64,000 nt of DNA. It comes from Octopus sinensis (taxonomy: Eukaryota). Location of the stretch: assembly GCF_006345805.1 (NCBI RefSeq), contig NC_043010.1, forward strand, positions 14,446,001-14,510,000. The letters run 5' to 3'. Below the pieces are notes generated by a model, which was not told where the DNA came from, did no database searches, and saw nothing but the letters and a program-made list of their open reading frames with translations. Below are positions 39,660 to 51,538 of the stretch, piece by piece. Positions within the stretch are counted from its first letter, which is position 1. Each line of letters starts with the position of its first letter. Made by a program: the position numbers and the translations under genes.

Positions 39660-41931
39660 CCTTTATTCTCCATAATCTAAAAATAGAATTCCCATTTATA
39701 GATGCAGGTTTATATAGGGATGACGGCCTTATAGCCACGCATAATCTAAACGGCCATGAATCAGATAGACTTAGGAAGGACCTTATAGCTTTCTTTCAAA
39801 GGATGGGCTTACGGATTACGATAGATGCTAACCTGAATAGTGTAGATTTTTTAGACGTAAATTTTAATGTAAGATCGGATAGATTTAAACCTTCCCGTAA
39901 GCCCAATGAAAAGCTATCGTATATTAGCAAAGATTCGAACCATCCACCAGTTATCCTTAGCAACTTAGTCAGCAATGTAGGTAGAAGAATATCTTCAATT
40001 TCTTCGGACGAGGCAGCATTCCATAACGCTGCACCTTATTACGATAGCGCATTAAAGAATAGTGGATTCTCGGAGAAGATCCAGTTCAACCAGCTTAATG
40101 CTAATAATAATGCTGCACGAAGAACTAGGACCAGGAAAGTTTTGTGGTTCAACCCGGCTTTCAATTTGGCCGTAAAGACTAATATAGGTAAGGAATTTTT
40201 GAGATTAGTCTCTAAGCATTTTAAGCAGGGTCATAAATTCTACAGAATATTTAATAGAAGAACCCTGAAGGTTAGCTATTCTTGTTGCAGAAATTTCGCC
40301 TCTTACATTAGCCAACATAATAGGAAGCTAATTGAGATTAGACATGGTGCCGAGCCCATTAAGAAATGTAATTTCAAAAACGAAAGCTCCTGTCCGTTAG
40401 AAGGGAAATGTCTAGTGAAAGGAGTAGTTTATAGAGCCAAGGTGCAAGTGGAAGGCTCATCGGAATACAAGACATACACAGGGGCTTCAGAAAATTCATT
40501 TAAAACAAGATTTTATTCTCATAAAAATTCTTTTAATTACCCAGAGAATAGGAAGAAAACCAGCCTAGCAAAATATGTCTGGGAACTAAAAGAAAAGGAA
40601 GCCCCACCTTTCAACGTGACATGGAGCATTCTGGACAGGGCGGCACCATACAGGCATGGAGCTTACAAATATAATTTCAAGTGCAGACTTTGCCTATTAG
40701 AAAAAATGCACATATTATTCAAAGACAATAATTCTTTGAATCAAAGAAGTGAGTTAATGAACTTATGTAGGCACGCGGCTAAATTTAAAATGTCGAATAT
40801 AAATATACCATATGGATAGAGTATATATTTTGTATTTTTGATTTTTGATTTTGATTTTGACTCTTGAGCGCTACGATGAATTTTGATTCTGTTTCCAAGC
40901 TACGCGGATCTTAATCCGTATAGCAAAGTCTTATGTTTCTACATATATATTAGGAAAAACCTACAAACTTTGTTTTCATGTTATTGTATTGCATAGGATT
41001 ACCTTGATTATTTATATTACCTTGATTATTTATAAATGACCCAAAATAGGATGTTATATTTTATTTTATGTCTTTCGTATATATTTTTATTAATGCACCC
41101 ATTTTTTAAAAGCAATGTTTTTTTTAAAAAAAGCAATGTTGTCAAAATTAGAATGTTTATATAAGTATGTGTATAGCAAAGCATATGTATTTGTAAGCAT
41201 GCGTATCTGTGTATGTGTAAGTGAAAGTATGCTTGTGCTTAAGCACACATATACACGACGGTATGTATATGTATCCATTCAAACTTGTGTATGTATACTG
41301 GTCTCTATAGATGCCAATAACATCGTTACAAGTTTTTTCCCCACCCCTCCTTCGTTCCTTTTTCTCTCTTTCCCTTTCTTTCGTTCCCCCTCCTTGCTCA
41401 GTATATGAGAATTGCTACATAGATGAATTTTAGCTTGCGTGCGAGACGGTTTGCGTGAATATATGTACACATGCTTTTATGTGTATATTTAGATTCATAT
41501 TCATACGTCTGTATATGTATGTATGGCGTTTACGCGCATCCTTTTGTGTATGTTGATATATATATGTAGATTTTAATATAAATATGTATTGCAGTATTTA
41601 TAACAGGTTTAATTTCTATGCATTAATTTGCACTGTCTTCATTAACGGCAATAGGTTTTTTCCTCGGTTTTTTCCTCGGATTTTATAATTTTTATAAGTT
41701 TTTTTATATATATATACATATATTTTTTACCTTTTTGTTTATCGCTCGAAGATTGACCGTTTTTTCTAAAGGGCCAATCAAACAAGTCCATTTCTTTTTA
41801 AAGGTGTAGCGTTTGTAAGAGTATAGATTGAATTGATATATAAGTTCCATTCTAGCAAAAACTGTCTGATGAACGGCAACGAGAAACTCAGAGTAACAGA
41901 TTTTGTTGAATTTTCTGCTGCTTAAAATAAA
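39660..41931 (+). mobile_element. Inverted, 5'-truncated second copy of the same Penelope element
   Basis: Open frame 39662-40819: GLYRDD, DFLDV, HPP, YSCCRN..HN.K, C..CPLEGKC, VVY..YTG..FKTRFYSH (GIY-YIG), CRLCLLEK..CRH. Near-identical reverse complement of 36160-38426. Confidence 0.95.
41857..41904 (+). ncRNA. Type I hammerhead ribozyme, inverted-arm copy
   Basis: Identical core on the + strand; predicted cleavage after A41895. Confidence 0.8.
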
Positions 41932-42202
41932 GTATATATATATATATATATATATATAGTAGAAATATGTTACGAAAAGAAAATATAAAATACACGTGGA
42001 AATGTAAGGGTAAAATATGAAAAATCAACGAAAATGCACATTGTAAAGACAAATATATACATTTAGATTGACTGAGGTAGTAATACGAGTCATAAAAGGT
42101 AGTAATACGAGTCATTATGAGATGATTATGAGATGAAAAAGTAAGAGAACAAAACGGACCATGGTTTACGCTCAGCTATTCATCGTTTGAACAACACCGG
42201 TT

Positions 42203-42241
<39 letters not shown>

Positions 42242-42242
42242 C

Positions 42243-42281
<39 letters not shown>

Positions 42282-43271
42282 CGTGCGTATGTGTGCGTAG
42301 AAGTAGATAGATAAATAGATAGCTAGATAAAGTAGTTAATAAATGTAAGTGTCCTGTAAGAATTTCTTTTAAATCCATATTTGATGCGCAATGCATAGGT
42401 AGAGACCAGCAGTGTCCCAACCTATTCATACATACACCCACCTTAACAACAACTTTCCTTTCGCACTCCCTTCCTCCTTAAATTGTCGTTCAAACAGCGC
42501 ATTATGCTGCTCACCAACTAACCTTGTTTCACTTTGATCCAGTCTACTCTACTGAAAACGAGTATCAACTTCTGGTTGGTACTACATCTTGTAGGTAATC
42601 TTTCATGTAAGTACTCCTTCTCTCCCTGCGGCTGTCACATAATGGCTGGCCCTTTGATTCAAGGATTGGGTGGGGGTACGGAGGGATACTCTTACTCTTT
42701 TACTTGTTTCAGTCATTTGACTGCGGCCATGCCGGAGCACCGCCTTTAGTCGAGGAAATCGACCCCGGGACTTATTCTTTGTAAGCCCAGTACTTATTCT
42801 ATCGGTCTCTTTTGCCGAATCGCTAAGTGACGGGGACGTAAGCACACCAGCATCGGTTGTCAAGCAATGCTAGGGGGAAAAACACACAAACACACATACA
42901 CGCGCACATATATATATACATATATACGACGGGCTTCTTTCAGTTTCCGTCTACCAAATCCACTCACAAGGCTTTGGTCGGCCCGAGGCTATAGTAGAAG
43001 ACACTTGCCCAAGGTGCCACACAGTGGGACTGAACCTGGAATCATGTGATTGGTAAACAAGCTACTTACCACACAGCCACTCCCGTGCCATATTTGCTCA
43101 CGATGCAGGCAACAAGTGAAGGCATGCCATATACTATTGAGTCACACACAAATGGAAGGGATTAGATTTATTCCAGCTCTAAATTCCATATTCAGGTTCA
43201 TCTAAAATAAATGGTCACCACTTCCTCTTTAAACTGGCAATAAATTTATCTTTCTATATATTTATCTACCT

Positions 43272-43490
43272 CAGTGCTTTTCAAACTTTTTGCTGGAGCG
43301 GAACCCCAATGAAGCATTCCACTGGCTCGAGGAACCCCTGTGCAATAATTTAATAGTCTTATGCACACATATCTGCACAGGAGAATTAAAAATTACTGCC
43401 GATTTTAGCAGTTTTGTAACTTCTTGCGGAACCCCTGGACTGTACTGGCGGAACCCTAAGGTTCCGCGGAACCCTGGTTGAAAACCACTG
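43272..43490. mobile_element. hAT-type MITE
   Basis: TIR CAGTG(C/G)TTTTCAA; 8-bp TSD atctacct on both sides. Confidence 0.9.
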
Positions 43491-43602
43491 ATCTACCTAA
43501 CCATTAACATATGCGCATACTCAACACACACACACACTCACATGCATACACACACATAATTTAACGTATACTGTATTAAAATAATAGCTACTAATAGTTT
43601 GT

Positions 43603-43695
<93 letters not shown>

Positions 43696-43698
<3 letters not shown>

Positions 43699-44355
43699 CA
43701 ACTCCCTTTTCTAGACATCTTAATTAGAATAGTTAACAACCACATAGAAACAGACATCTTTTATAAACCCACAGATTCTAAACAATACATATTATTTAAC
43801 TCCTGCCACCCCAAACACATAAAAATCAACATACCCTTTAACCTAGCAAAAAGAATCTGCACCATAGTTTCCGATACATACACTCGAGAACATAGACTCC
43901 TTGAACTTAGATCTACACTAACTAAAAGACATTACCCAATCTCATTAGTAAATGAAGGCATAAAAAGAGCTAAGGAAATAGATATACAAAGGTTAAGGAA
44001 AACTAGCCGAAATACTAAACAAGACTTAAAAATACTCTCGTACATCTCCACACATAACCCCAGAAACAACGAAGCTTTCAACATCATCACCCAAAACCTT
44101 CCCATCCTCATAGCAGACAAAACAATGAACGAAATTTTAAGCTCATATAAAATTATAAAAAGCAAAAAGCAACCGAAGTCACTGAAAAAAATATTAACCA
44201 GCGCTAGACTTTACCCACAAACAACTGAGCCAAAAGTGACAAAATGTGGACGTTCTAACTGTGAAACATGCCCTCACCTTCTGGAGGGTTCAGAATTCCA
44301 ATTCAAACAAGGAGAAATATTTAAGATCAATTCAAATTTTACCTGCGCCTCAGCA
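43696..44355 (+). mobile_element. Neptune-like Penelope fragment (RT end, linker, Cys-rich motif)
   Basis: Stop-free frame from 43702: LPFLDI..FYKPTD..SCHPKH..IPFNLAKRI..KCGRSNCETCPHL..FKINSNFTCAS; starts at a (TA)n tract. Confidence 0.85.
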
Positions 44356-45300
44356 AGGACGGCTGGATTGTAAAAACATTAATTCAAATGCCTATGTATT
44401 ATGAGCGTGAGCGTTAGTTTTTTAACTACATAGCAATTACAATTAAAAAGCAACAAAATTATAATGTACAAAATAATTAAGTTGAATATACAACTATCGA
44501 AATATATTTCTATATATCTCAAATAATATTAATCCAAAGTCGTTTAGGTCGAAGATAATCTTTCGTTATTATAACATACAACAATAGTATATAATTAAGT
44601 ACCAGGGTCTTACTTAATCTAGAAACTGTAATAAAACGTGTAAAAAAATATAAATGATAATTATATTGTTAATATATATTTTATATTTTATATATTTTAT
44701 CTAGTTTCAGCTCACGAGCTGTGGCCATGCTGGGGCACCGCCATTCGGTGTTGCTACATGATTTTACTTCACGAATGCTTTTTAGCAATTGCCATTTGGT
44801 GCATGAGAGAGTTCGATGCAGCTGCCCTCATCTGCACCTCCTGCCGTGAGTTGGTACATCTGGGACACCTGACAGAAAGAGATCCAATTTTATTTTAAAG
44901 ACATCTGCATCCACCCCATGCAGGTCTCCCAGGTCCTTCGGGAGGATATTGAAGAGCTGTGGACCTCTGAAGCCCAGGCTATCACAGTATCTTGTCCTAC
45001 ATCTTGATCCTACATCAGGACGGCTGGATCGTAAAAAAATTAATTCAAATGCCTATGTATTATGAGCGTGAGAACTCTTCTATTTATTTAAAGTGATTAT
45101 TTTGTGACTTAATTATTTTGTCCGTTATAATTGTGTTGCTTTTTAATTGTAATTGCTATGTAGTTAAAAAATTTAACACTCACGCTCATAATACATAGGC
45201 ATTTGAATTAATTTTTTTACAATCCAGCCGTCCTTTCACACGGAATTTCGTCTATCTTTAAGTCATTGGCTCTGATGAGACTTATATAAGTGAATTGAAC
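44356..45300. repeat. Rearranged pLTR/3' UTR copies with a fold-back and a hammerhead remnant
   Basis: aggacggctggat..gagcgtgag at 44356 and 45017, inverted at 45179-45234; CTGATGAG acttat/ataagt GAA at 45272-45294. Confidence 0.7.
44702..45012 (-). mobile_element. 3' fragment of a CR1/L2-group LINE related to 55398-56425
   Basis: RYCDSLGFRGPQLFNILP..LDLFLSGVPD..RAAASNSL plus the shared 3' tail. Confidence 0.85.
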
Positions 45301-45825
45301 CCATATTGGAGTACGGGATTCAAGCTTCTTCTCCTTATCTCCGCAAAGACATACATCATCTCGAAAGAGTCCAGAAGCTGGCTACCCGCATGGTTCTTGG
45401 TCTCAAGCATTTGTCTTATGAAGAAAGGCTGAAGACGCTCGACCTTTATTCTCTAGAAAAACGACGACGCCGTTGTGATCTCATTCTTGCTCACAACATC
45501 ATAAGCGGAAAGTGTAACCTCTCGAAAGAGCTGTTCTTCACTCCTGTTCCAGAGCGTCGGCTGCGGGGTCACTCCGAAAAGCTCTATCTACGACGATTTC
45601 AAGTCAATCGAAGGAGAGGGGCTTTCTCCGTCCGGGTTGCGGATCCGTGGAATAAGCTGCCGGACGAGATAGTGAAGATGCCGACGACCGCTCGGTTCAA
45701 AGTCTCTCTCGACCAGAAATGGCCTGAACTCTTTGCATGAACACCCTCCCTGTACATAACTCCATGTCCCCCTACATGGCCTTGCTTTTTGCTTTTTGAG
45801 CCAAAAAATTAACTTAACTTAACTT
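45297..45825 (+). mobile_element. CR1-type LINE 3' fragment
   Basis: LERVQKLATRMV..LSYEERLKTLDLYSLEKRR..FSVRVADPWNKLP; copies at 48000-48412(-) and 51772-52254(+). Confidence 0.9.
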
Positions 45826-46019
45826 ATAAGTTATTGAATTGTCAATCGTATCTATTTAATTTATTGTTTGTCATTTGCATTAAACCCATATTTACTTGGT
45901 ACTCCACTGGCGTACCAGTGAATTGGATGTTTTACACACATCTTTGAAGGAATTCTTTTCCTTAGTTTGTTTCTTTATACATGCGCGCGCATGCACACTC
46001 ACCCACACCCACACCCATA

Positions 46020-46235
46020 CGAGGTTGTGCTGAAAAGTTCGTGGCTTTAAGAATATCGTGAAAAGCCTGGCAGGAGGTCCGACCTGCCGAGTTCTTTTTA
46101 CAGGGCTCAGAAAAACTGAAGGACTGCTGCAGTAAGTGTGTGAATCTGAGAGGGGATTATATTGAATAAAATCATAATTAACTGATCCTCCTGTTTTCTT
46201 TTACCCAAAGCCAGTAACTTTTCAGCACCTCCTTG
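46020..46235. mobile_element. Mariner-like MITE
   Basis: Imperfect TIRs cgaggttgtgctgaaaagtt / aacttttcagcacctccttg; TA on the left side. Confidence 0.6.
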
Positions 46236-46251
46236 TGTGTGTGTGTATGAT

Positions 46252-46290
<39 letters not shown>

Positions 46291-46492
46291 TCTTTTACTT
46301 GTTTCAGACATTTGACTGCGGCCATGCTGGAGCACCGCCTTTTAGTCGAGCAACTCGACCCCGGGACTTATTCTTTTGTAAGCCCAGTACTTATTCTATC
46401 GGTCTCTTTTGCCAAACCGCTAAGTAATGGGGACATAAACACACCAGCATCGGTTGTCAAGCAATGCTATGGGGACAAACACAGGCACACAA

Positions 46493-46535
<43 letters not shown>

Positions 46536-46919
46536 CGACAGGCTTCTTTCAGTTTCTGTCTACCAAATCCACTCACAAGGCTTTGGTCGGCCCGAGGCTA
46601 TCGTAGAAGACACTTGCCCAAGGTGCCACGCAGTGGGACTGAACTCGGAACCATGTAACACAATTTATATGCGAATAAGCAGAGATAATCAAAATAGTTA
46701 TATAAGTGGTGGCCACGTGTGTGTGGGTGTGTGTTTGTATGTGTGAAGGTGGCAGCTGTTGCAGTTGTGTGATAGTGGAGTAGTTCAGTGGTGTCAGAGT
46801 CGGTGGGGAGTGCATTGTGGTGTTGGTTGTGGGTGAGGAAGGGGGGGGGCAAACATGTCGGAAACTGTGTAACAGAATATTTAAATGTAACAAAGAATTT
46901 TTGGCACTCAGTGACTGGT

Positions 46920-47465
46920 ACTAATGATGGTGGTGGTGTTGGTGGTGGTGGTGGTATTGGTGGTGGTGGTGTTGGTGATGGTGGTATTGGTGATGGTGGT
47001 GGTGGTGGTGTTGGTGGTGGTGGTATTGGTGATGGTGGTGGTGGTGGTGGTAATAGTAGTGGTGGTTGTTCTGAAGGAGGAGGCGGTGGTTGGTTGCGAT
47101 GACGGTGGTGATGGAGGAGGTGGCGGCGGTTGTAGTGGTGGCGGCGGTAGTAGTGGTGGGAGTAGGTGGTTGTAGCGGTGGTGCGGTGGGAGATGAATGG
47201 TGGAGGAGGTGGGGTGGATGGAAGATGTTTAGTGTTTCGATCGTCGCCGAGTTATTAGTGAAGTCTAAGAGATATTTGTTGTGGAGGGGGGGGGCGTGTT
47301 GGCGAGTGGGGGGGGGTGAGGTTCTTGGCAGCAAAAGCAACAGTAGCAATATGAGTATTAATTGATTGTTGTGGTGCTGCTGCTGATGATGATAATGATG
47401 GTGATGACGATGATCACGACGACAGTGCTGCTGCTGCTGATGATGATGATCATGATGGAAGATGA
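46920..47465. repeat. GGT/GAT-rich trinucleotide tract
   Basis: Low complexity; yields artefactual poly-H/G/V ORFs. Confidence 0.85.
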
Positions 47466-48414
47466 TGTTGCAGAGATTCCCGAACAGCATCAATAACGGG
47501 TTTCGATGCTACTTTCTCTCCCACTCACCGCCAACTTCCTTTCTACTTACACACCTATCTATTTATAACTTACCTTCTTACCTACAACACTTCCCATTAA
47601 TCTACCCCGACACACCAATCTCTCTACCAACGACTCTATCTACCTCACCTACCTATAAGCCTATCTACCTACCTACCTATCTACCTACCTATCTATCTAT
47701 CAATCTACCTGCCTAGCTAGTCATTACCTTACCCTCTTAGCTCCTTTCCATCAATCTACTAGAACTGTATCCAATTTCCTAATCGCCTGGGCCTCTTTTC
47801 CACTGACAGATGCCATGTGACGACCGCTTCTCCAACATTCCACCTTCCTTTTAGACATGCGCCACTTGGTGGTTGTCCCACTCTCCTGGTCTCTGTTAAA
47901 CATAAGCCACCAGGTGGCTAGCCTACGGTCCTCCTTCCAATTAACTATGAATTCTACGGTTCACCTATTACCCCAAGGTCATATTTTTATCTACTAGTTA
48001 GTTAGTTAGTTAGTTAGTTAGTTAATTTTTTGGCTCAAAAAGCAAAAAGCAAGGCCATGTAGGGGGACATGGAGTTATGTACAGGGTGGTGTTCATGTAA
48101 AGAGTTCAGGCCATTTGTGGTCAAGGGAGACTTTGAACCGAGAGGTCGTCGGCATCTTCACTATCTCGCCCGGCAGCTTGTTCCACGGATCCGCAACCCG
48201 GACGGAGAAAGCTCCTCTCCTTCGATTGAGATGAAATCGTCGCAGATAGAGCTTTTCGGAGTGACCCCCGCAGCCGACGCTCTGGAGCAGGAGTGAAGAA
48301 CAGCTCTTTCGAGAGGTTACACTTTCCGCTTATGATTTTGTGAGCAAGAATGAGATCACAACGGCGTCGTCGTTTTTCTAGAGAATAAAGGTCGAGTGTC
48401 TTCAGCCTTTCTAT

Positions 48415-49660
48415 GGCCGGGTTCCAACCCAGGCCATAGCAACAAAGCCTACCCGCTACATTTCTCGGTCTATCACCACTGCCTAGAGGTCCTCCATACA
48501 TTTCAGGCCAGGGCCTGCAATCAAGTTGTGTCAATGTTAGCGTGACATCGTTTTCCTCTTCTTACATCACCATGAAGTCGGTTCCACAAGACTAATTCTG
48601 ATGCTTCCAGTTTAAGATGGCGTACGCGGTGACCAGATAGTCGAAGTCGTCTTTGCCTGATCTTGTTGCTATCTTTCGGAAGGTCTCCATAAAGGCATTC
48701 ATTTGTTATATGTTGCTGCCATTTCACATTCAGAGTTATTCATAACATCCTTATGTAGCATCCATTCAGCCCATTTGAGAAGTCCTTTGTCAGTGTCCAC
48801 CTTTCGCTGCCATATAATAAGCACTGATTTGATAGTCATAATGAAAAGTTTGATTTTGATTTGTCCGGGCAATTTGGAGTTCCGGGCCTTCTTTAGTTTG
48901 TGACAGGCTGCCAATGCTTGGGCCTTCCTGATCTTGTCTGCTTCCAAACTCCTCACCTAACCGCCTAAGTACTTGAAGTCTTCAGCATCATTCAGTTTGG
49001 AACTGCTCAAAGCAAACAGTTCAGCATCACTTGATTGGTTGAAAGTCATGTACTGCATTTTCTTGACATTTGTGTGCAGTCCTATCTTTGCAGCTGATGT
49101 TTCTACTCTGCTGAGCAGCTGGTGGGCTTGATCTATTTCATTAGATATGAGTGCTGTATCATCTGCGAATCCAGGTCTGTGATGGTTACCGCTGCTACAC
49201 CCCTCGATCTTTGTCGACCTATGGTTAAACCAAGGTCTTCGCTACTGTTGTTTATAGCCTGCCACATTGCATAATCCAATACAATTGCTAACAGGTAAGG
49301 TCCAAGCGTATCTCCTTGTAACAGCCCAGCTAATATTTGAGAGAATTCCATTTCTCCGTCACATGACAACACGCGAGTTCTGGTCTTCTCGTAGGGCCTT
49401 GCAATGACAAGAACTTGTACTTCTGGAATGCCTTATGCTCGAAGGATCTCCAACATTTTGTATCGATGGATGCTGTCAAACGCTTTGCTGAAGTCCACGT
49501 AGGTTATAATGGCAGGTAGTTGTCTTGATTTAACTCATTCTATGATACACCTCGGGGCTAAGATCTGAGATGTTGTAGATCTCCCTGGTCTAAATCCATT
49601 TTGATTTGGTTTCAGATGGCTATCAAGCAGCGATTGAATCCTGTTGAGGATCATTCGATT
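48415..49660 (-). pseudogene. Decayed RTE-clade LINE RT region
   Basis: LQGDTLGPYLLAIVLDYAM, DFKYL, KIKLF..SVL, LYGDLP..IRQRRLRLSGH across many stops and frameshifts. Confidence 0.8.
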
Positions 49661-50425
49661 GATGACTTTGAGTGAGATATTGGACAGTACAATTCCTCAG
49701 TCGTTAGTTTCATTGCCGAGGTTTCCTGACTATCGGATTGGTATCAAGTCAATCTGGGCTTTACTGGTTCTGCAACAGCTTATTCACAAAACATATTTCA
49801 TTCAGATTTCACCTCTTCATAACTAAGCTGAATTCCACCAGGCCCAGAATCTTTTCCTTCCTTCAGTCTATTCTTGGCCTCGAGTCTCTCCTTGTAAGCA
49901 ACGATTATAAAGAGATTCAACCTGTTTCAAAAATCTCACATAAAACCAGGACCATAAGCAAAGGCGGGACTAAGTTCATCTAAGAGAACAACTTGAATGT
50001 TTCAACCTGCTTACTTGTGATGCCCTCTTTGTAAGATCGCAGGTCAAGTGTTTCCGATGTTGAGTTCACAATGGTGATGTCATGAGTTCGATCCCTGGAC
50101 CGTGTTACGAGTAGTTATCTTTGAGAAGGGAACTTAACTTTACGTGGCTTCAGTACACTCAGCAGAATATGAGTAGCAGCAGCAGCAGCAGGAGTAGTAG
50201 CATCATCATCAACAGTAGCAGTAGCTGTTTGGATTAAATTCGTGACGGACTGGCGCCCAGATTTTGAAGAGTTTTCAAAGTAGAGGTTGTGACAACCGGA
50301 TGATTTTCCGCTCTAAAAACGTCCTTGTAACCCAGTGGTTCAAGTGGCTTTCACTTGATGACTCGGTCTGTTCATGGTCCCATGACAGTAACGGTTCTCC
50401 CTTCCTGTTAAAGTGTCGGTTAAGG

Positions 50426-50604
50426 CAGTGGTTTTCAACCAGGGTTCCGCAAGAAGTTACAAAACTGCTAGAATCGGCAGTAATTTTTAATTCTCCTGTG
50501 CAGATATGTGTGCATAAGACTATTAAATTATTGCACAGGGGTTCCTCGAGCCAGTGGAATGTTTCCTTGGGGTTCCGCTCCAGCGAAAAGGTTGAAAAGC
50601 ACTG
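50426..50604. mobile_element. hAT-type MITE (internally deleted relative of 43272-43490)
   Basis: Same TIRs; 8-bp TSD ggttaagg at 50418-50425 and 50605-50612. Confidence 0.9.
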
Positions 50605-51152
50605 GGTTAAGGAAAGATGTACAGCTCATTGCTGTATGAGATTGGAGGGTTATTTAATAGACTTATGCTTTGTGAAGGAGAATGGGTGAAGCCTAGACCG
50701 GAAGATAGAACTATTAGCAATCGATCTTCAGATTGGGCCAAAGTAAAATCACCAACTTTTTTCTTTTAGCTACTGTAACTTTGCCGACTCTGCGACTTCC
50801 CCGACTCTTGACACAAATGCCACAGTTTTTCGGTGACAGGGCGGAATTTGAACTCAGACTGCATACAACCGGAACAAGTACCACGAGGTACCTCGTCTGC
50901 TGCCCTAACATTTCAGACAACCCACCGTCCTGGATTGGTACTTTATTTATCAACCCCAAAAGAGTGAACGGCAAAGCTGACCTCGGCAGGATTTGTATTT
51001 AGAACGTAGAGACTCGGAATAAACACTAAAAGGGATTCTGTTCAAGAATCCGACGCATTAACAGCCGTAACCATAACAACAAAGACAAGTGCGAGTAATA
51101 AACTAAGTTTCACAAGTTTGCTGTAGCTGGGCTGACAGGAGTCAGTACAACA

Positions 51153-51538
51153 TGAATGGAAGCACTCCGTCGGTTACGACGACGAGGGTTCCGGTTGATC
51201 CGATCAACGGAACAGCCTGCTCGTGAAATTAACGTGTAAGTGGCTGAGCACTCCACAGACACGTGTACCCTTAACGTAGTTCTCGGGGATATTCAGCGTG
51301 ACACAGAGAGTGACAAGGCCGGCCCTTTGAAATACAGGTACAACAGAAACAGGAAGTAAAGTGAGAGAAAGTTGTGGTGAAAGAGTACAGCAGGGATCAC
51401 CACCATCCCTGCCGGAGCCTCGTGGAGCTTTAGGTGTTTTCGCTCAATAAACACTCACAACGCCCGGTCTGGGAATCGAAACCGCGATCCTATGACCGCG
51501 AGTCCGCTGCCCTAAGCACTGGGCCATTGCGCCTCCAC
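51153..51538 (-). mobile_element. SINE family C with 13-bp TSD
   Basis: TSD agtcagtacaaca at 51140-51152 and 51539-51551. Confidence 0.9.

Larger units (their letters stand above)
36089..39665 (-). mobile_element. Near full-length Naiad-like Penelope element: partial 5' pLTR (39665-39463), RT-GIY-YIG ORF (about 39397-37270), 3' UTR and pLTR
   Basis: N-terminal KNI..YLKGLIEK..RLRWKAFFF, FITLKDHK, QFDIIDFYPSI, FDVPMGAYDGAE, GLYRDDGL, NHPP; frameshifts mostly in homopolymer runs. Confidence 0.92.

Noticed and set aside
39530-39661. N-terminal 44 aa of the 429-aa ORF
   Set aside because: Antisense pLTR read in frame across the inversion junction.
40260-40790. Selenocysteine (in-frame TGA) at Cys motifs, as reported for some Naiad elements
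   Set aside because: The Cys codons in this frame are TGT/TGC, and the residue that would be the second Cys of a CxC motif is TTC (Phe); there is no in-frame TGA.
42150-42200. Minus-strand hammerhead-like remnant (ACCATGGT palindrome, GTC, aaacg/cgttt)
   Set aside because: Core lacks CTG and GAAA is disrupted. The similarly decayed candidates at about 33616-33653 and 35910-35950 were also not called.
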